Assembly (NCBI GenBank): GCA_030390025.1
Contig: CM059431.1
Span: 154,320,001 to 154,384,000, forward strand
DNA length: 64,000 nt
Direction: 5' to 3'
From: Squalus acanthias
Lineage: Eukaryota
This document shows positions 12,290-24,914 of the stretch, in pieces; within the stretch, counting starts at the first letter, position 1, and the number at the start of each line of letters is the position of its first letter. The position numbers and the translations under genes were made by a program. The notes under the pieces were generated by a model that saw only the letters and a list, made by a program, of their open reading frames with translations, was not told where the DNA came from and ran no database searches.

Positions 12290-15200
12290 TAGTCTGAACA
12301 GCAGGAGACTGAGTGTATGGATAATGGACCGGTAATCCAGTTGGCAGGATGCGAATATTGGTGCCATGCAAGGACCTGTTGGTGCCATGCAAGGACCTTT
12401 TGGTGCCTTAAATATGCACCGTATTCATTAACGTCTTAGATGATGGGATATGAAACCACTTATCCAAGTATGTCGATGATGCAAAGATAGGCTGCATTAT
12501 ATGCACTGTATATGGATGCTTAAAATTAAAACGAGTTATTAATAGATTAACCGGATTGCCAAAAAGTTTGGAAATTGGATTTCAAAGTAGGCAAATGTGA
12601 GGCCATACACTTTGGACCTAAAAAGGATAGAATAGATTACATTCTAAATGGTGAAATGCTGGAAACAGTTGACGTACAAAGAGTCTTTGTGGTCCATGTA
12701 AGGAGATCATTAAAATGTCATGGACAAGTACAGAAAATAATCAAATTGTCTAATGGAATGCTTGTCTTTATATCTAGAGCACTAGAGTACAAGTGGGTAG
12801 AAGTTATGCTACAGCTATACAAGGCCCTGATTAAACCACACCTGGAGTACTGTTATTAGTTCTAGGCACCATACTTCAGGAACATAAGAACATAAGAAAC
12901 AGGAGCATGAGTATTCCAATCGGCCGCTCGTGCTTGCTCCGCATTTCAATAAGATCTTGGCTGATCCAATCTCGGCCTCAACACCACTTTTCCGCTCTTT
13001 CCCCATACCCCTTCACTCCCTTGTAGTTCAAATGTCTGTCAATCTCTGCCTTGAATATATTCAATGACTCCGCCTCCATAGATCTCTGGGGTAGAGAATT
13101 CGGAAGACTCAGGACCGTCTGAGAGTAGAAATTCCTCCTCATCTCCGTCTTAATTGGGCGACCTCTTATTCTGAAACTATGCCCGCTATTTCTAGATAAC
13201 CCCAGTAGGGGAGATATCCTCTCAGCATCCGCCATGTCAATCCCCCTCAGAATCTTATATGTATCAATAAGAACACCTCTCATTCTTCTAAACTCCAATG
13301 AGTGGAGGCCCAACCTGGTCAACCTTTCGTCATACGTCAAACCCTTCATCCCAGGAATCAACCTAATGAACCTTCTCTGAACTGCCTCCAATGCAAGTAT
13401 ATCCTTCCTTAAATAAGGAGACCAAAACTGTACGCAGTACTCCAGGTGCGGCCTCACAAGCGCCTGTAAAATTGCATCAAAACCGCCCTAGTTTTATACT
13501 CCATACCCCTTGCAATAAAGGCCAACATTCACTAGCCTTCCTATTACTTGCTGTACCTGCATGCTAACTTTTTATGTTTCATGTACTAGGACACCATTTG
13601 TACCGCAGCATTTTGTAGTCTCACTCCATTTAAATAATAATTTGCTTTTTCATTCTTCCTTCCAAAGTGGATAACCACACATTTTCCCACATTATACTCC
13701 AACTGCCAAATTTTTGCCCACTCACTTAAACTATCTATAGCCCTTTGCAGACACTATGTGTCTTCCTCACATCTTGCTAACCCACCTATCTTTGTATCTT
13801 CAGCAAATTTGGCTAAAGTACACTCGCTCCCTTCATCCAAGTAATTAATATAGATTGTAAATAGTTGATGCCCCAGCACTTATCCCTGTGACACCCCGCC
13901 AGTTACTGATTGTCAACCGGGAAATTACCCATTTATCCCGATACTCTGTTTTCTGTTAATTAGGAAGGATATTTTGTACTTGGAGGACGTGCAGAACAAA
14001 ACCATAAGAACATAAGAAATAGGAGCAGGAGTTGGGCATTCGGCCCCTCGAGCCTGCTCCGCCATCAGTGAGATCATGGCTGATCTTCTACCTCAACTCC
14101 ATTCACCGGCCCTATCGCCATATCCCTTGATGCTCTTACTAGTCAGAAATCTATCGACTTCTGTTTTGAATATACACAATGACTGAGCCTCCACAGCCCT
14201 CTTGGGTAGAGAATTCCAAAGATTACCCACCCTCTGTGTGAAGAAATACCTTCTCATCTCAGTCCTGAATGGCCTACCTTTATCGTGAGGCCATGGCCCC
14301 TGGTTCTAGACTCCCCAGCCAAGGGAAACATTTTCCCAGCATCCATCCTATCAAGCCCTGTAATAATTGTGTATGCTTCAATGAGATCCCCTCTCATTCT
14401 TCTGAATTCAAGAGAATACAGGTCGAGTTTACGCAATCTCTTCTCACATGACAGTCCCGCCATCCCAGGAATCAATCTCGTGAACCTTCGTTGCACTCCC
14501 TCTGTGGCAACTATATCCTTCCTTAGGTAAGGAGAGCAGATTTGTACACAGTACTCCAGGTGTGGTCTCACCAAGGCCCTATATAATTGATGTAAGAGTT
14601 ATTTCCTCCTGTACTAAAATCCACTTGTAAGGAAGGCCAGCATACCATTTGCCTGCCTAATTGCTTGCTGCACCTGCACATTCGCTTTCAGTACAAGGAC
14701 AGCCAGGACCCTTTGAGCATCTGCATTCCCCAATCTTTCAACATTTAGGAAATACTCTGCCTTTTGTTTTTTCTCCCGAAGTGGATAACTTCACATTTAT
14801 CCACATTATATTCCATCTGCCGTATTCTCGCTCACTCACATAGCCTGTCGAGATCCCCTTGAAGCCTCTTCACTTTCTCTTCGGAACAGACACTGCCACC
14901 TAGCTTTGTATCATCAGCAAATTTGGGAATGTTACATTTAGTCCCCTCATCCAAATCATTGATATAGATTGTGAATAGCTGGGGCCCAAGCACCGATCCT
15001 TGCGGTACCACACTAGTCACAGCCTGCCATCCTAAAAAATACACGTTTATCCCTACTCTTTGTTTTCTGTCTGTTAACTAATTCTCAATCCATGCTAATA
15101 TATTACCCCCAATTCCATGTGCCCTAATTTTGTTCACCAACATCTTGTGTGGGATCTTATCAAAGGCCTTCTGAAAATCCAGATACACCACATCTACCTT

Positions 15201-15760
15201 TGTCTAATCCACTAGATACATCCTCATAGAACTCCAATGGGTTTGTCAAACAGGATTTCCCTTTCATAAATCCATGTTGACTCGATTTACCTGAACGATT
15301 CCTGTATTCCAACGGTTAAAGTCGAAAGATACTTTGCACAAATTACGTTGTATTCGATGGAAAAAAAATGTTTAAGGAGTGATCTGATCGAAGTTTTCAT
15401 GATATGAAGCGGAAAAGATAGGTTAGATAGAGAGAAACTATTTCCGCTGGTTGGGGCTCCATGACTAGGGGCATAGTCTCCAGATTAGAGCGAGACCCTT
15501 CAGGAGTGACATTCGGAAGCACTTCTACATGCAAAGGTTGGTAAAAGTAGCGCACTCTCTTCCAAAATTTGTAATTTATTTTGAGTCAATTGTTAATTTT
15601 ATATCTGAGGTTGATATGCTTTTGTTAACCAAAGCTATTAATGGATATGGGGCAAAGGCGGCTATAGGATGTTCGGTGGCAGATCAGTCGTGATCTCATT
15701 GATTTGCCGAACACGATCGACGGGCTGAATAATCTACTCTTGTTTCCATGTTTCTGTTTT
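12290..15760. mobile_element. Nest of CR1 fragments: + strand element (about 12290-12880, 15290-15760) interrupted by - strand copies (about 12882-13960 and 14000-15290)
   Basis: ORFs 12575..12859 (+), 12978..13457, 14254..14574 and 14832..15044 (-) are all CR1 RT; (acataaga)n tails at 12881 and 14001. Confidence 0.87.
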
Positions 15761-16645
15761 CCTATTAATTGTACCTGTAGTAATTCTGCGTTTGCCCTTT
15801 CATTTCTAACAACTTTTCTCTTTCTTGCCTCAATATATAAACTGCCACACGAGCGCCTTTTCTCCCAATACCGCCACTTCCAACCAATTTATGTAGTTCT
15901 AGGTATGGAATCGTTTGATTGGAATCATTCCAGCATCTCTGCGTCATGCTAATCACGTTCAGGCTATCAACGCTGAAAGGCTTTCTAGTCAAAGACTTTA
16001 TTTGTCATACATTTTTCATTAATATAAGCAAAGTTCCATTTTATTTATCTCTCGCATTTACTTTATTAATATATTACTTTGTGTTCCTCCCACCATTGTG
16101 ATTAGAATTATTAAACGTTAACTAAAATTTCGCTGGTACACCTGAAGTTTTGCTCCAGTCGGTATGGATGTTCTTTGACACTTCCAAGACCACCACCACA
16201 CCTAGTTGAAATGTTTCCCCTCCTTTTTATCCTGCCTGCCAAAACCTCTGCACCCGCCTTGGTTTAGATGAAGCCCAACAGTATGAAAAGCCGCTCGCTC
16301 ATTTGAAGAATGCCCCACTGTTTAAAGAACTGAAACCCGACCCCTACACATAAGCTTTAATCACGCGTAGGTCTGCCCAATTAGCCTGGTTTCTCTTCGC
16401 TTGCACGTGGCACAGGTCATGTTAAGCGTGATCGTCCTTCCTATTGCGCTATATGTAGTATGATGGAGCACACTCAATACTGAATCATAATAAGGATTGG
16501 AAAAATATTGAACGTGTCAAGTTCTGAGATATTTATTAAAATGTGTCCATCCCAGTTACCTCAAGTAATATCAGGTCTACGAATAGTTCTGATGAGTATC
16601 TGAATCTTTGTTTTAGAAAAGGAATCTTCTCCTTGTGGACCCATC

Positions 16646-17180
16646 ATGGCTGAGAATCCGAATGAGAAATTCCGGGATAAAGCAGGATGTTTCGTGCGCT
16701 CTCTTCACTGTGACGAACGGTTTCATCCAAACGCTATGCCCGATGACCTCAGTGAACATCGGCACACGCGACTAGACGATCGAAAGCATTTTACTACAAA
16801 AAGATTTTTTAGAAAGGCGTCCTCTTTATCCAGCAAGAACAAGAGTCTTAATATAAAGTACTACAGGCAGAAGATCCCTGCAGGAATTGACTGGGGATCT
16901 GTGACATCTCGTGGCATGGTTAAAGGTATCAGTACAGAAATGGAACAAAGAGTTCCTACTGTGACCAAATCTCACACAAACATATTTACAAAGAACAGAC
17001 CTCTCATTTTCAAGCCAGAAATATTTAATTGGAAGCGAGAGGAACATCCTCCTACAGAAACACTGCTCAGAAAGTATACTTACAGTGACATCAGCCCCCA
17101 TCACAGAGTGAATGAAGATCTGCAACCGGGGCTGCAAGAAAAAGGAGCCTATGGATATGAAAGAAGTGAACACACATCCG
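16646..17180 (+). CDS. Candidate first coding exon (A1) of a host gene, putative NLR-like N-terminus
   Basis: Acceptor ttgttttag about 30 nt upstream; Kozak-like cATCATGG; 178 open codons + 1 nt; donor CCG|gtgaga (phase 1); no TE similarity recognised. Confidence 0.65.
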
Positions 17181-18502
17181 GTGAGATTACGCTCTCTTTT
17201 GAACTATATATCCGTCGGTATTGAAATTCAATCCATTGAACCTCAATCTGTGTTTTCAGTCTGTGTTAATTCTGTTATGGATTCTGACTTAGCTGAGACT
17301 GTTAACTCAGATCTAAAGCATTAACGTAAATGATGCTCTAAATGCTAAAGAAAGGCTCCGAATTCATGTCTTGGACATTTGGCAAACATACACTCAATCT
17401 CGGTTCAACCATGGCTGTCTGTTTGCTTTCTCCAGTAAAATGTCTTTGAAGCCTGAAGTTCTGGTTAACTCGGTCCATCTATCCGGCGTCCGTTAAAGGG
17501 TCCTCTGCTGACCGCCAACAAAATATAAGTTTAACATAATACTTACCTGAATGTGGAGCCAATAAGTTCAGGAGATCCCCACTTGGCACCATTTTAAAAC
17601 TACGGAGCCTTGCATGCCACTACTCTCGATTGTCACTCTCACTCTCCCGATGTTTGACGCTCTCGCTCTTCCACCAGTCCCACTCTCTCTCAGTCGACCA
17701 CTGCTCTCTCGCCCACGCTGGTCGTCCCTCCTTCACGATCGCATTGACCTCGCCCAGTCGCACCTTCCAGACCGTTGACATTAAAATCATGGTCACTAGG
17801 CAAGCTGCCTGTGGAGGCTCAGCAGGTGTTTGCACCTCCCCGGTATGCTCTGAACCAGACCAGAGACCAAATATCGGGTGGGTCTCAGGCCTACCCCTTA
17901 CGAGACAGGGATCGTTCTCAGCGTTAATTTTGGCTTCGTGTGATGTTGTAAAATCGGCGATAGCGAATCGAAATTACTAGCGAATGTAGTCAATGGATAT
18001 CAAAATCAGGATAGATGTAAAGACGGCTGCCCATTCAATTCAGCATGTTTTAATTTATCTCACAATAAGAACGTCACAATTACAGACCCTCCCCATTCCC
18101 AGTTCGCGCCAGCCAGCAAGAAGTAATTTCTAGGCCATTGTCTGTAAATTCACTGCTTGTGCTTTAAGCCTTCACCCTGCAGTGTGCTTATGATGATGCA
18201 TCGACTGCATACAGTAACCTGCCGTATATTCCAGTACAGTTCAGCCAGTCGATAAATAGCGTAATCATATAGACAAATGGCTTTATAGCTAATATATAGA
18301 GTGATCGACAGACAGAGAAACAGCGAGACAGGCAGAAATACAGTCAGACAGAAATATTCATAATGGTTATTAATTATTTGGCATTCCTCTTTGTTTTAAT
18401 GAATTATTTTGATGCAGTACTAGAGATTTCTAAGTACATCTTCCAAAGTATCCTTGTTTACTTCAACTACTCCGATATTTTTGTTCAACTTCTATTTTAT
18501 AG

Positions 18503-18672
18503 TGGATGATATTAATCGAGTTGGAACAACTGTGTCGACAGAAGCTGACACTAAACAATCTAAAGATACGGAATTGTATCGGGATGGAATTCCTGTAGCT
18601 ATTGAAGGATCTGTGGACGCTATAGGTGCAAATCAGAATCATAAAAATGCCGTCGCTCGGGTAGAATCTCAG
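18503..18672 (+). CDS. Candidate exon B1 (170 nt, phase 1 to 0), diverged death-fold/CARD-like half
   Basis: ttctattttatag|...|gtatgt; open frame (V)DDINRVG...TELYRDGIPVAIEGSVDAIG...VESQ. Confidence 0.72.
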
Positions 18673-19967
18673 GTATGTCTGACATAAATAGAACTGGACT
18701 TTTATTGACCTACGTAGCACGACTAGACTTCTATTGTTTAAATATTAGCTTTCGCGTACTTTATTTTCTGCAGTAGGCGAGTTGCACTGGGCAATGGAAA
18801 CACGGCCCACCGCTCCCTCTGCGACATTTTACATGAGGGAAAATGATGATTGCTGAGATTTACACTGCCTTACCTAATTTCCGCTCGGGTGCTTTCCAGT
18901 CGCTATTTTTGACCTATTTCTGCCCCGAACCTATTGCGGAGTGAAATCCGTGAATCGGAATCAGCACTGGTCTGAAAGTGGTATGTGGTGGACTTCCGTG
19001 TTCATCACCAACAGCCACTGCACTTTGATATTCAGAGATATCGGTTTTAGTGGAATATATGGTATATAATTGACGATATTCAGGAAGATCTGTTTTCGAC
19101 CCGTCCTCATTAAAGCTCAATGTTTCTTCTCCAGAATAACTTTGAACAAAGGTTCAATCATAGTTCTATTCCTTATTTTACCAGAATTAGGATACATTTT
19201 GTGGGCCGAGTAACTAAATAATCCCTAGGTCATGATCCGCTCCTGCATTCCCAACATCTTCCTCCTCACATCTAACCCCAACTCTTACATTGAATTTGAG
19301 GTTTCGCCTCGAATCAGAACACTCGCATTGTATCTGCATCAACTCCTCTATAACATAACTGTTAATTGCATTTCAATGCTCGCTCCAATCATCAGTCTTA
19401 TTCCGTTTCGCCCGCCAGTCTCCGATTAGCTTCGCGGTTCCACCATTCTTGGCTCCGGAATTTGTGCTCACGCATCGATTTTCACCGAGTTTTACTTTGA
19501 ATCATTGGAAGCGAAATGAACCTGTGAATTCAGCTTTCCTAATTCTACGGGATTTATATTTCTTGATTATGCTTCTGATGTCCCGTTCCTGTAAGTGCAG
19601 CGCTTCCCGCTCACCTCTGCTCAGTGCTGTTTCGTCAGATGTTTCTGAATTAGACGTTAAATCCACTCTCAATCTAAGGATACACGCGATTGCTCTCTTC
19701 AAGGCAAAATAAGCTTTTTGGGATCATATCGTCTCCAGTTTTAGGTAAATCATCTTATCAAAAAACTTTCTTGAATTTGATGTTTTCACTTTTGCTATTG
19801 TGATCCGCATCACGATTAATTTCTATTGTGTATGTTGTGCCTCCGCCCTGGGGAAACTAAAAGAATGAGTGTCCGTTGTTACACTGGATGTGAAATATGT
19901 TGCTTAGCCAGCTCAGAATCCGGAAAGTCAACCCTATTATATCCAGTCATATTCTTCTTATAATCAG

Positions 19968-20115
19968 AACCAACAGGAAATTGCTCCTACAGAAACAGTG
20001 CTCTGCACGGATACTTACAGTGCCATTAGAACCACAAAAATAATGAATGAAAATCAATTTCCGCGGCTGCAAGGAACAGGCGACAGCGGATATGAGAAAA
20101 CCGCACATTCATCCG
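19968..20115 (+). CDS. Candidate exon A2 (148 nt, phase 0 to 1)
   Basis: tcttcttataatcag|...|gtgaga; NQQEIAPTETVLCTDTYSAIRTTKIMNENQFPRLQGTGDSGYEKTAHSS; paralogous to the 3' end of A1. Confidence 0.7.
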
Positions 20116-20939
20116 GTGAGATTACTTTTTGTGCTGAACAGATATATCGGCCAGTATTTAAATTCAATCCAGTATAGCTCAAACAATGTTTTCATTCTCT
20201 TGTCATTCTATTATGCATTCCTACTTATCTGAGACAGTTATTTAATATCTATGCCAGTGAGCTAAATAATACTCTAAAGGCTACATAACGTTTGAGAATT
20301 GTGACATGTCCTTGTGCCAAATCTTAAACTCAACCTTGGTTCAACCGTGACTGTCCGTTTGCTTTCTGCGATAAACTGGCCGTGACGCCTGAAGTTCAAG
20401 TTAACTCGATCCACCTAACCGGCGGTCAGTAAATGATCCTCTGCAGAGCGTCACCAAATTATCAGGATTTTTTTCAAAAATGTAATTACCTGAATGTGGA
20501 GCGAATAAGTTCAAGAGTTCTCCTCCTGGCTAATTATTAAAACCACGGCACATTGCTAGTCACTACTCCCGATTACCTATCTCACTCTCTCGATCGTTGC
20601 CTCACTCCCTCTTCAATACGAACGTAACAGTTAGACCCCAACACCCATGTCCAGGTCGTGGCTGCCGGCATGATCCAATTGCTACGCCAGTGTCGATAAA
20701 TTTAGCCGATACATAAATAAAAAAGCAGATAGACAGCTAGCTACTGGTTAGAATCACAGACAGTCAGACAGACAGACAGATAGATAGATATATTGTTAAT
20801 GATTATTCATTCTTTGACTTTCCCTCTTCGCTAGATTAATTATTTTGATACAGAGTGCGAGATTTCTGAGTACCTCTTCCATATAATGCCTTGTTTCTTG
20901 TAGCTATCCGGTATTTGTTGTTCCACTTGTATTTTATAG

Positions 20940-21109
20940 TAACTGATAGTACTCGTGTTGGACCAACTGTTTCGGCAGACGCTGACACTCAGGAATCCAA
21001 AGATACGGAATTGCCTCGGGACAGAGTACCTGAAGCTGATGAAGAATCTGTGCCTGGTATCAGTGCAAATCTTCTTCATGGAAATATATTCACTCCGATA
21101 GATTCTGAG
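20940..21109 (+). CDS. Candidate exon B2 (170 nt, phase 1 to 0)
   Basis: ttgtattttatag|...|gtattt; open frame (V)TDSTRVG...NLLHGNIFTPIDSE; paralog of B1. Confidence 0.72.
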
Positions 21110-21142
21110 GTATTTTTGACGAAATTGAAATGAACTTATGTT

Positions 21143-21571
21143 ACATAGAAACATAGAAACATAGAATCTAGGAGCAGGAGTAGGCCATTCGGCCCGTCGA
21201 GCCTGCTCCACCATTCAATACGATCATGGCTGATCATCCAAATCCAGTACCCTGTCCCTGCTTTAATCCCCACAGTACACATATCCCACCCTACCCCCGT
21301 AACCCCACGTATTTAATTCCCCCTAACATATCCCATCACCCCACATATTTAATCCCCCCCTAACACTAAGGGTCAATTTTATCATAGCCAAATCAACCTA
21401 ACCCGCACATTTTTGGACTGTGGGAGGAAACCGGAGCACCCGGAGGAAACCCACGCAGACACGGGGAGAATGTGCAAACTCCACACAGACAGTCACCCGA
21501 GGTCAGATTCGAACCCGGGTCTCTGGCGCTGTGAGGCACCAGTGCTAACCACTATGCCACCGTGCTGCCCC
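21143..21571 (-). mobile_element. tRNA-derived V-SINE (HE1-like) with CR1-type tail
   Basis: Minus strand head gggcagcacggtggcatagtggttagcac...gggttcgaat; V-domain tgtgtggagtttgcacattctccccgtgtctgcgtgggtttcctccggg; CR1 3' UTR and (ttctatgt)n; absent from the paralogous intron. Confidence 0.9.
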
Positions 21572-22655
21572 TACGGTATTATTGCTTAGACTTCAATTGT
21601 TTAAGTATAAGCAGTAGCTTTTACGCTTTCTCATCCATTCCTTCCTGAAGTAGGCGAATTACACTGCGCCATAGTTACACGGGCCACCGCTCCGAAGTTT
21701 TATAAGAGCAAGAAGGATGATTGAGGAGATTTCCACATCCTTTCCTAATTTCCTCTCGGGTCCCTCTCAGACGCAAATTTTGAGCTATATTATTTACCCC
21801 TGAAACTAACGCAAAGTTCAGTCGGTGAACTGGATCCAGCACTGCTCTGCAAGAGCAAAGATTTGTTTTGCAAGGAATTAGCTACATCCTGTTGGCCGAG
21901 TACTTAAATATTCCCTTGGACATGCCCCTTCCTCCATGCCCAGCAGTTAGACTCCATCTGCTTCCTCAACTCTAAACCCATTTCCTACATTGCGTTTATA
22001 GCTTCGCCTCCAAGCAGAATACTCATATTGTTGTGCACCCTCGGCTCTAAACACTAACTGACATTTTGCATTTTAATAGTCTCTCCAACCTTTATCTTAT
22101 TCGGTTTCGCGCGCCACTCTCCGACTTGCTTCCGGTTCCATAATTTGGTTCCGTTATTTGGGGCCATGCATCTATTTGGATCGAGATTTAGTCTAATGCA
22201 TTGGATTGGAAATTTATCTATTCCCCCAGCTTTCCTATGTCTAGTGGATTTACATTTATTGATTATGCTTCAACTCTCCTGCACCTGTTTCTGGAGCGAT
22301 TCCTGCTCATCTCGGCTCAGAGCTGCCACATTATACGTGTGTGAATTTTAATTTACAAACTCTCTTATTCCGAAGTAATCGCTTTCTTAAAGAAAAAATC
22401 AGAGTTTTGGGGTCACCTCGGTTCCATTTTTAATTAATTCACTTTATCAAATAACCGTATTACCTTTGTTGATTTCGCTTTTGCGATTATGATGGGCACC
22501 ACAATAAATTTCAATCCTAGCTGGCTACCTCCGCCCTGGGGACTTTCATAGTATCATTGTCCGTTGCTGCAAAAGCTGGGGAAATTTGTGAATCACCAGT
22601 TCAGTAACCGGAAAGTCAGCTCTATTATATCTAATCATATTCTTGCTATAATCAG

Positions 22656-22779
22656 AATCAACAGGAAAATGCTCCAACAGAACCTTTGGTCAGCACGAAT
22701 ATTTACAGTGACATCAGCCGCACTCACATAAATGAAGATCTAGGAGCCGGCAGAAATTACAGAAACGCGCACACATCGG
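22656..22779 (+). CDS. Candidate exon A3 (124 nt, phase 0 to 1)
   Basis: tcttgctataatcag|...|gtaaga; NQQENAPTEPLVSTNIYSDISRTHINEDLGAGRNYRNAHTS; 24 nt shorter than A2 with frame kept. Confidence 0.7.
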
Positions 22780-23253
22780 GTAAGATTACTCTTTCACTTG
22801 AACTGATATATCCACCAATATTTGTATGCAATACAGTAAACCTCAATCTGTGTTTTAGTCTCTTCTCATTCTGTTGTGGATTCCGACTGAACTGAGACTG
22901 TTAGCTCATCAACAGCAGCAACAACAACGTGTATTTATATAACGCCTTTAAAGTAGTAAAACGTTCCAAGGCGCTTCACAGGATTGTTAACTATAACAGT
23001 GATGTAAATTATAAGCTCAATGCTATAGAAAGCTTCAGAATTCACGTCTCGTCCCTCTGCCTAATTTTGCACTCTCCTTTAATTCAAGGCGTTCCGCTTG
23101 CTTTCTCTGATAAAGTGTCTGTGACGCCTGAAGTTACGGTTAACTCGGTCTATCAAACCCGCTGTCGATAAAGGGACCTCTGCAGTCCACCAGCAAATGA
23201 AAGGTTCTAAGAAACAAAACATTCCTGTATGTAGAGCCAGTGACATCAGTAGT

Positions 23254-23417
23254 CATGATGTGGAGAAGCTGGTGTTGGACTGGCAGTGTTCTCTGACTAT
23301 ATATGCTCTGTCTATATACATCTCTTCACTTAAGCCGACGATGGAGAAGCGCTGCGAAAGCTTTTGATTTCAAATAAAACTGTTGGACTATAACCTGGTG
23401 TTGTGCGACTTCTCACA
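23254..23417. mobile_element. Short Penelope-like pLTR insertion with inverted end
   Basis: Matches pLTR sequence; flanked by gacatcagtagt/gacatcaatagt TSD. Confidence 0.8.
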
Positions 23418-23429
23418 GACATCAATAGT

Positions 23430-24460
23430 AGTAGGGATAATTGGTAGGTACCCAAATTGGCAGGATTTTGGGGCATCAACTATTCACAGTATTTTTTAAC
23501 GACTTAGATGGTGGCATAGAAAGTGACATATCCAAACTTGCCGATGACACAAAGATAGGCGGCAGAGTAGGCAGTGTAGATGAAAGCATACGATTACAAA
23601 GGGGTATCGATAGCTTAAGTGTGCCAAATGGATTTCAATGCAGGCAAATGTCGGGCCATCAACTGTGGACCTAAAAAGAATAGAACCGGGTACTTTTTAA
23701 ATGGTGAAAAGCTAAAAATAGTGGAGGTTCACAGAGATTTGGCATCCAGGTACATAGATCGCTAAAATGTCATGAACATGTACAGAAAATAATCAAAAAG
23801 TTTAATGGAATGCTGGCCTTTATTTCCAGAGGACAAGAATACAAGGGGGTAGAAGTTATGCTGCAGCTGTACAAAGTTCTGGTTAGACCACACCTGGAGC
23901 ACTGTGAGCAATTCTGGGCACCACGCATTAGGAACGATATATTGGTCTTGGAGGGAGTGCAGCGTAGGTTTACCAGAATGATACATAGACTTCAACGGTT
24001 CAGTTACAAGGAGAGATTACACAAATTAGGGTTCTGATCCCTAGAATGTAGAAAGTTAAGGGGTGATCTGATCGAAGTTTTCAAGATATTATGGGGAGCA
24101 GATAGGGTAGATAGAGAGAAACTATTTACCCTAGTTCAGGATTCTAGGACTCGGGGGCATAGTCTATAAATTAGAACCAGACCTTTCAGGAGTGAAATTA
24201 GGAAACACTCTGCACACAAACGTTGAAGATTGGAACTCACTTCCACAAACGGCAATTGATGCTAGAACAATTTTTAATTTTAAATATGAGATTGACAGCA
24301 TTTGTTAACTAAATATGTTAATGGATATGGGCCAAAGGCGGGTATCTGGACTAAGGTCGCAGATCAACCATGAACTCATTGAATGATCTAACAGGCTCGA
24401 TGGGCTAAATGGCCTACTCCTGTTCCTATGTGGCTATGTTGCAATGTTCCTATATTCCTA
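23430..24460 (+). mobile_element. CR1 RT/3' end fragment
   Basis: [18 protein letters not shown], (tgttccta)n tail. Confidence 0.88.
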
Positions 24461-24499
24461 GTTTTCCTCTTGGCTCCACTTTAAAACTACTGGCTATTG

Positions 24500-24615
24500 T
24501 CGGCTAGTTTGGTAGCATATTGGTTCCTTTACTGGACTACTAATCCAAAGGTCAGGACTACTGATCCGGAGACGTGAGTTCAAATCCCACAAAGGCAGCT
24601 GGGGAATAATGTTAA
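24500..24615 (+). mobile_element. tRNA-derived SINE head (partial)
   Basis: Box B-like gagttcaaatccc preceded by tactggactactaatcca. Confidence 0.5.
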
Positions 24616-24914
24616 AATAAAGGAATCTGAGAGTGGGGTGAGTGACCAATGATTGGAAGTATCCAGGAATTGGGACTAATCATTAGCTGAGAGTGCTTCA
24701 GTACACAATAGTTAGGACCACGACGCTTTTAAAACGGAAACGACTTCACAGCTAGCACCTTCTGCTTTCTGAAAGCCCCACAGAAGTAAAAATTTTTGCT
24801 TTGAAGGACATGTAGCATGATATGATTCTGATTTAAAGGGTGGTATGCAGTGGTTACTATGTGGTTACTAATAAAGTGTAATTAAGAAATGATCACTGGA
24901 CTCAATTTAGAACT

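Larger units (their letters stand above)
17030..23250 (+). repeat. Diverged tandem duplication of an approximately 2.7-2.9 kb two-exon cassette (about 2.3 units)
   Basis: Intron blocks align: 17181-17620, 20116-20590 and 22780-23250; also 18330-19967 with 20760-22655. Confidence 0.9.

Noticed and set aside
12358..12407. 21-bp local tandem duplication
   Set aside because: Slippage within a decayed CR1; no further structure
17112..17180. Alternative ATG frame MKICNRGCKK... in the A exons
   Set aside because: In A3 this frame hits a stop immediately (ATG AAG ATC TAG), and its phase is incompatible with exon B
19502..19702. Minus-strand ORF within the tandem cassette
   Set aside because: No supporting splice structure found, and it lies in an intron of the + strand model
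21495..21571. tRNA gene
   Set aside because: tRNA-derived head continuous with the V-SINE body and CR1-type tail
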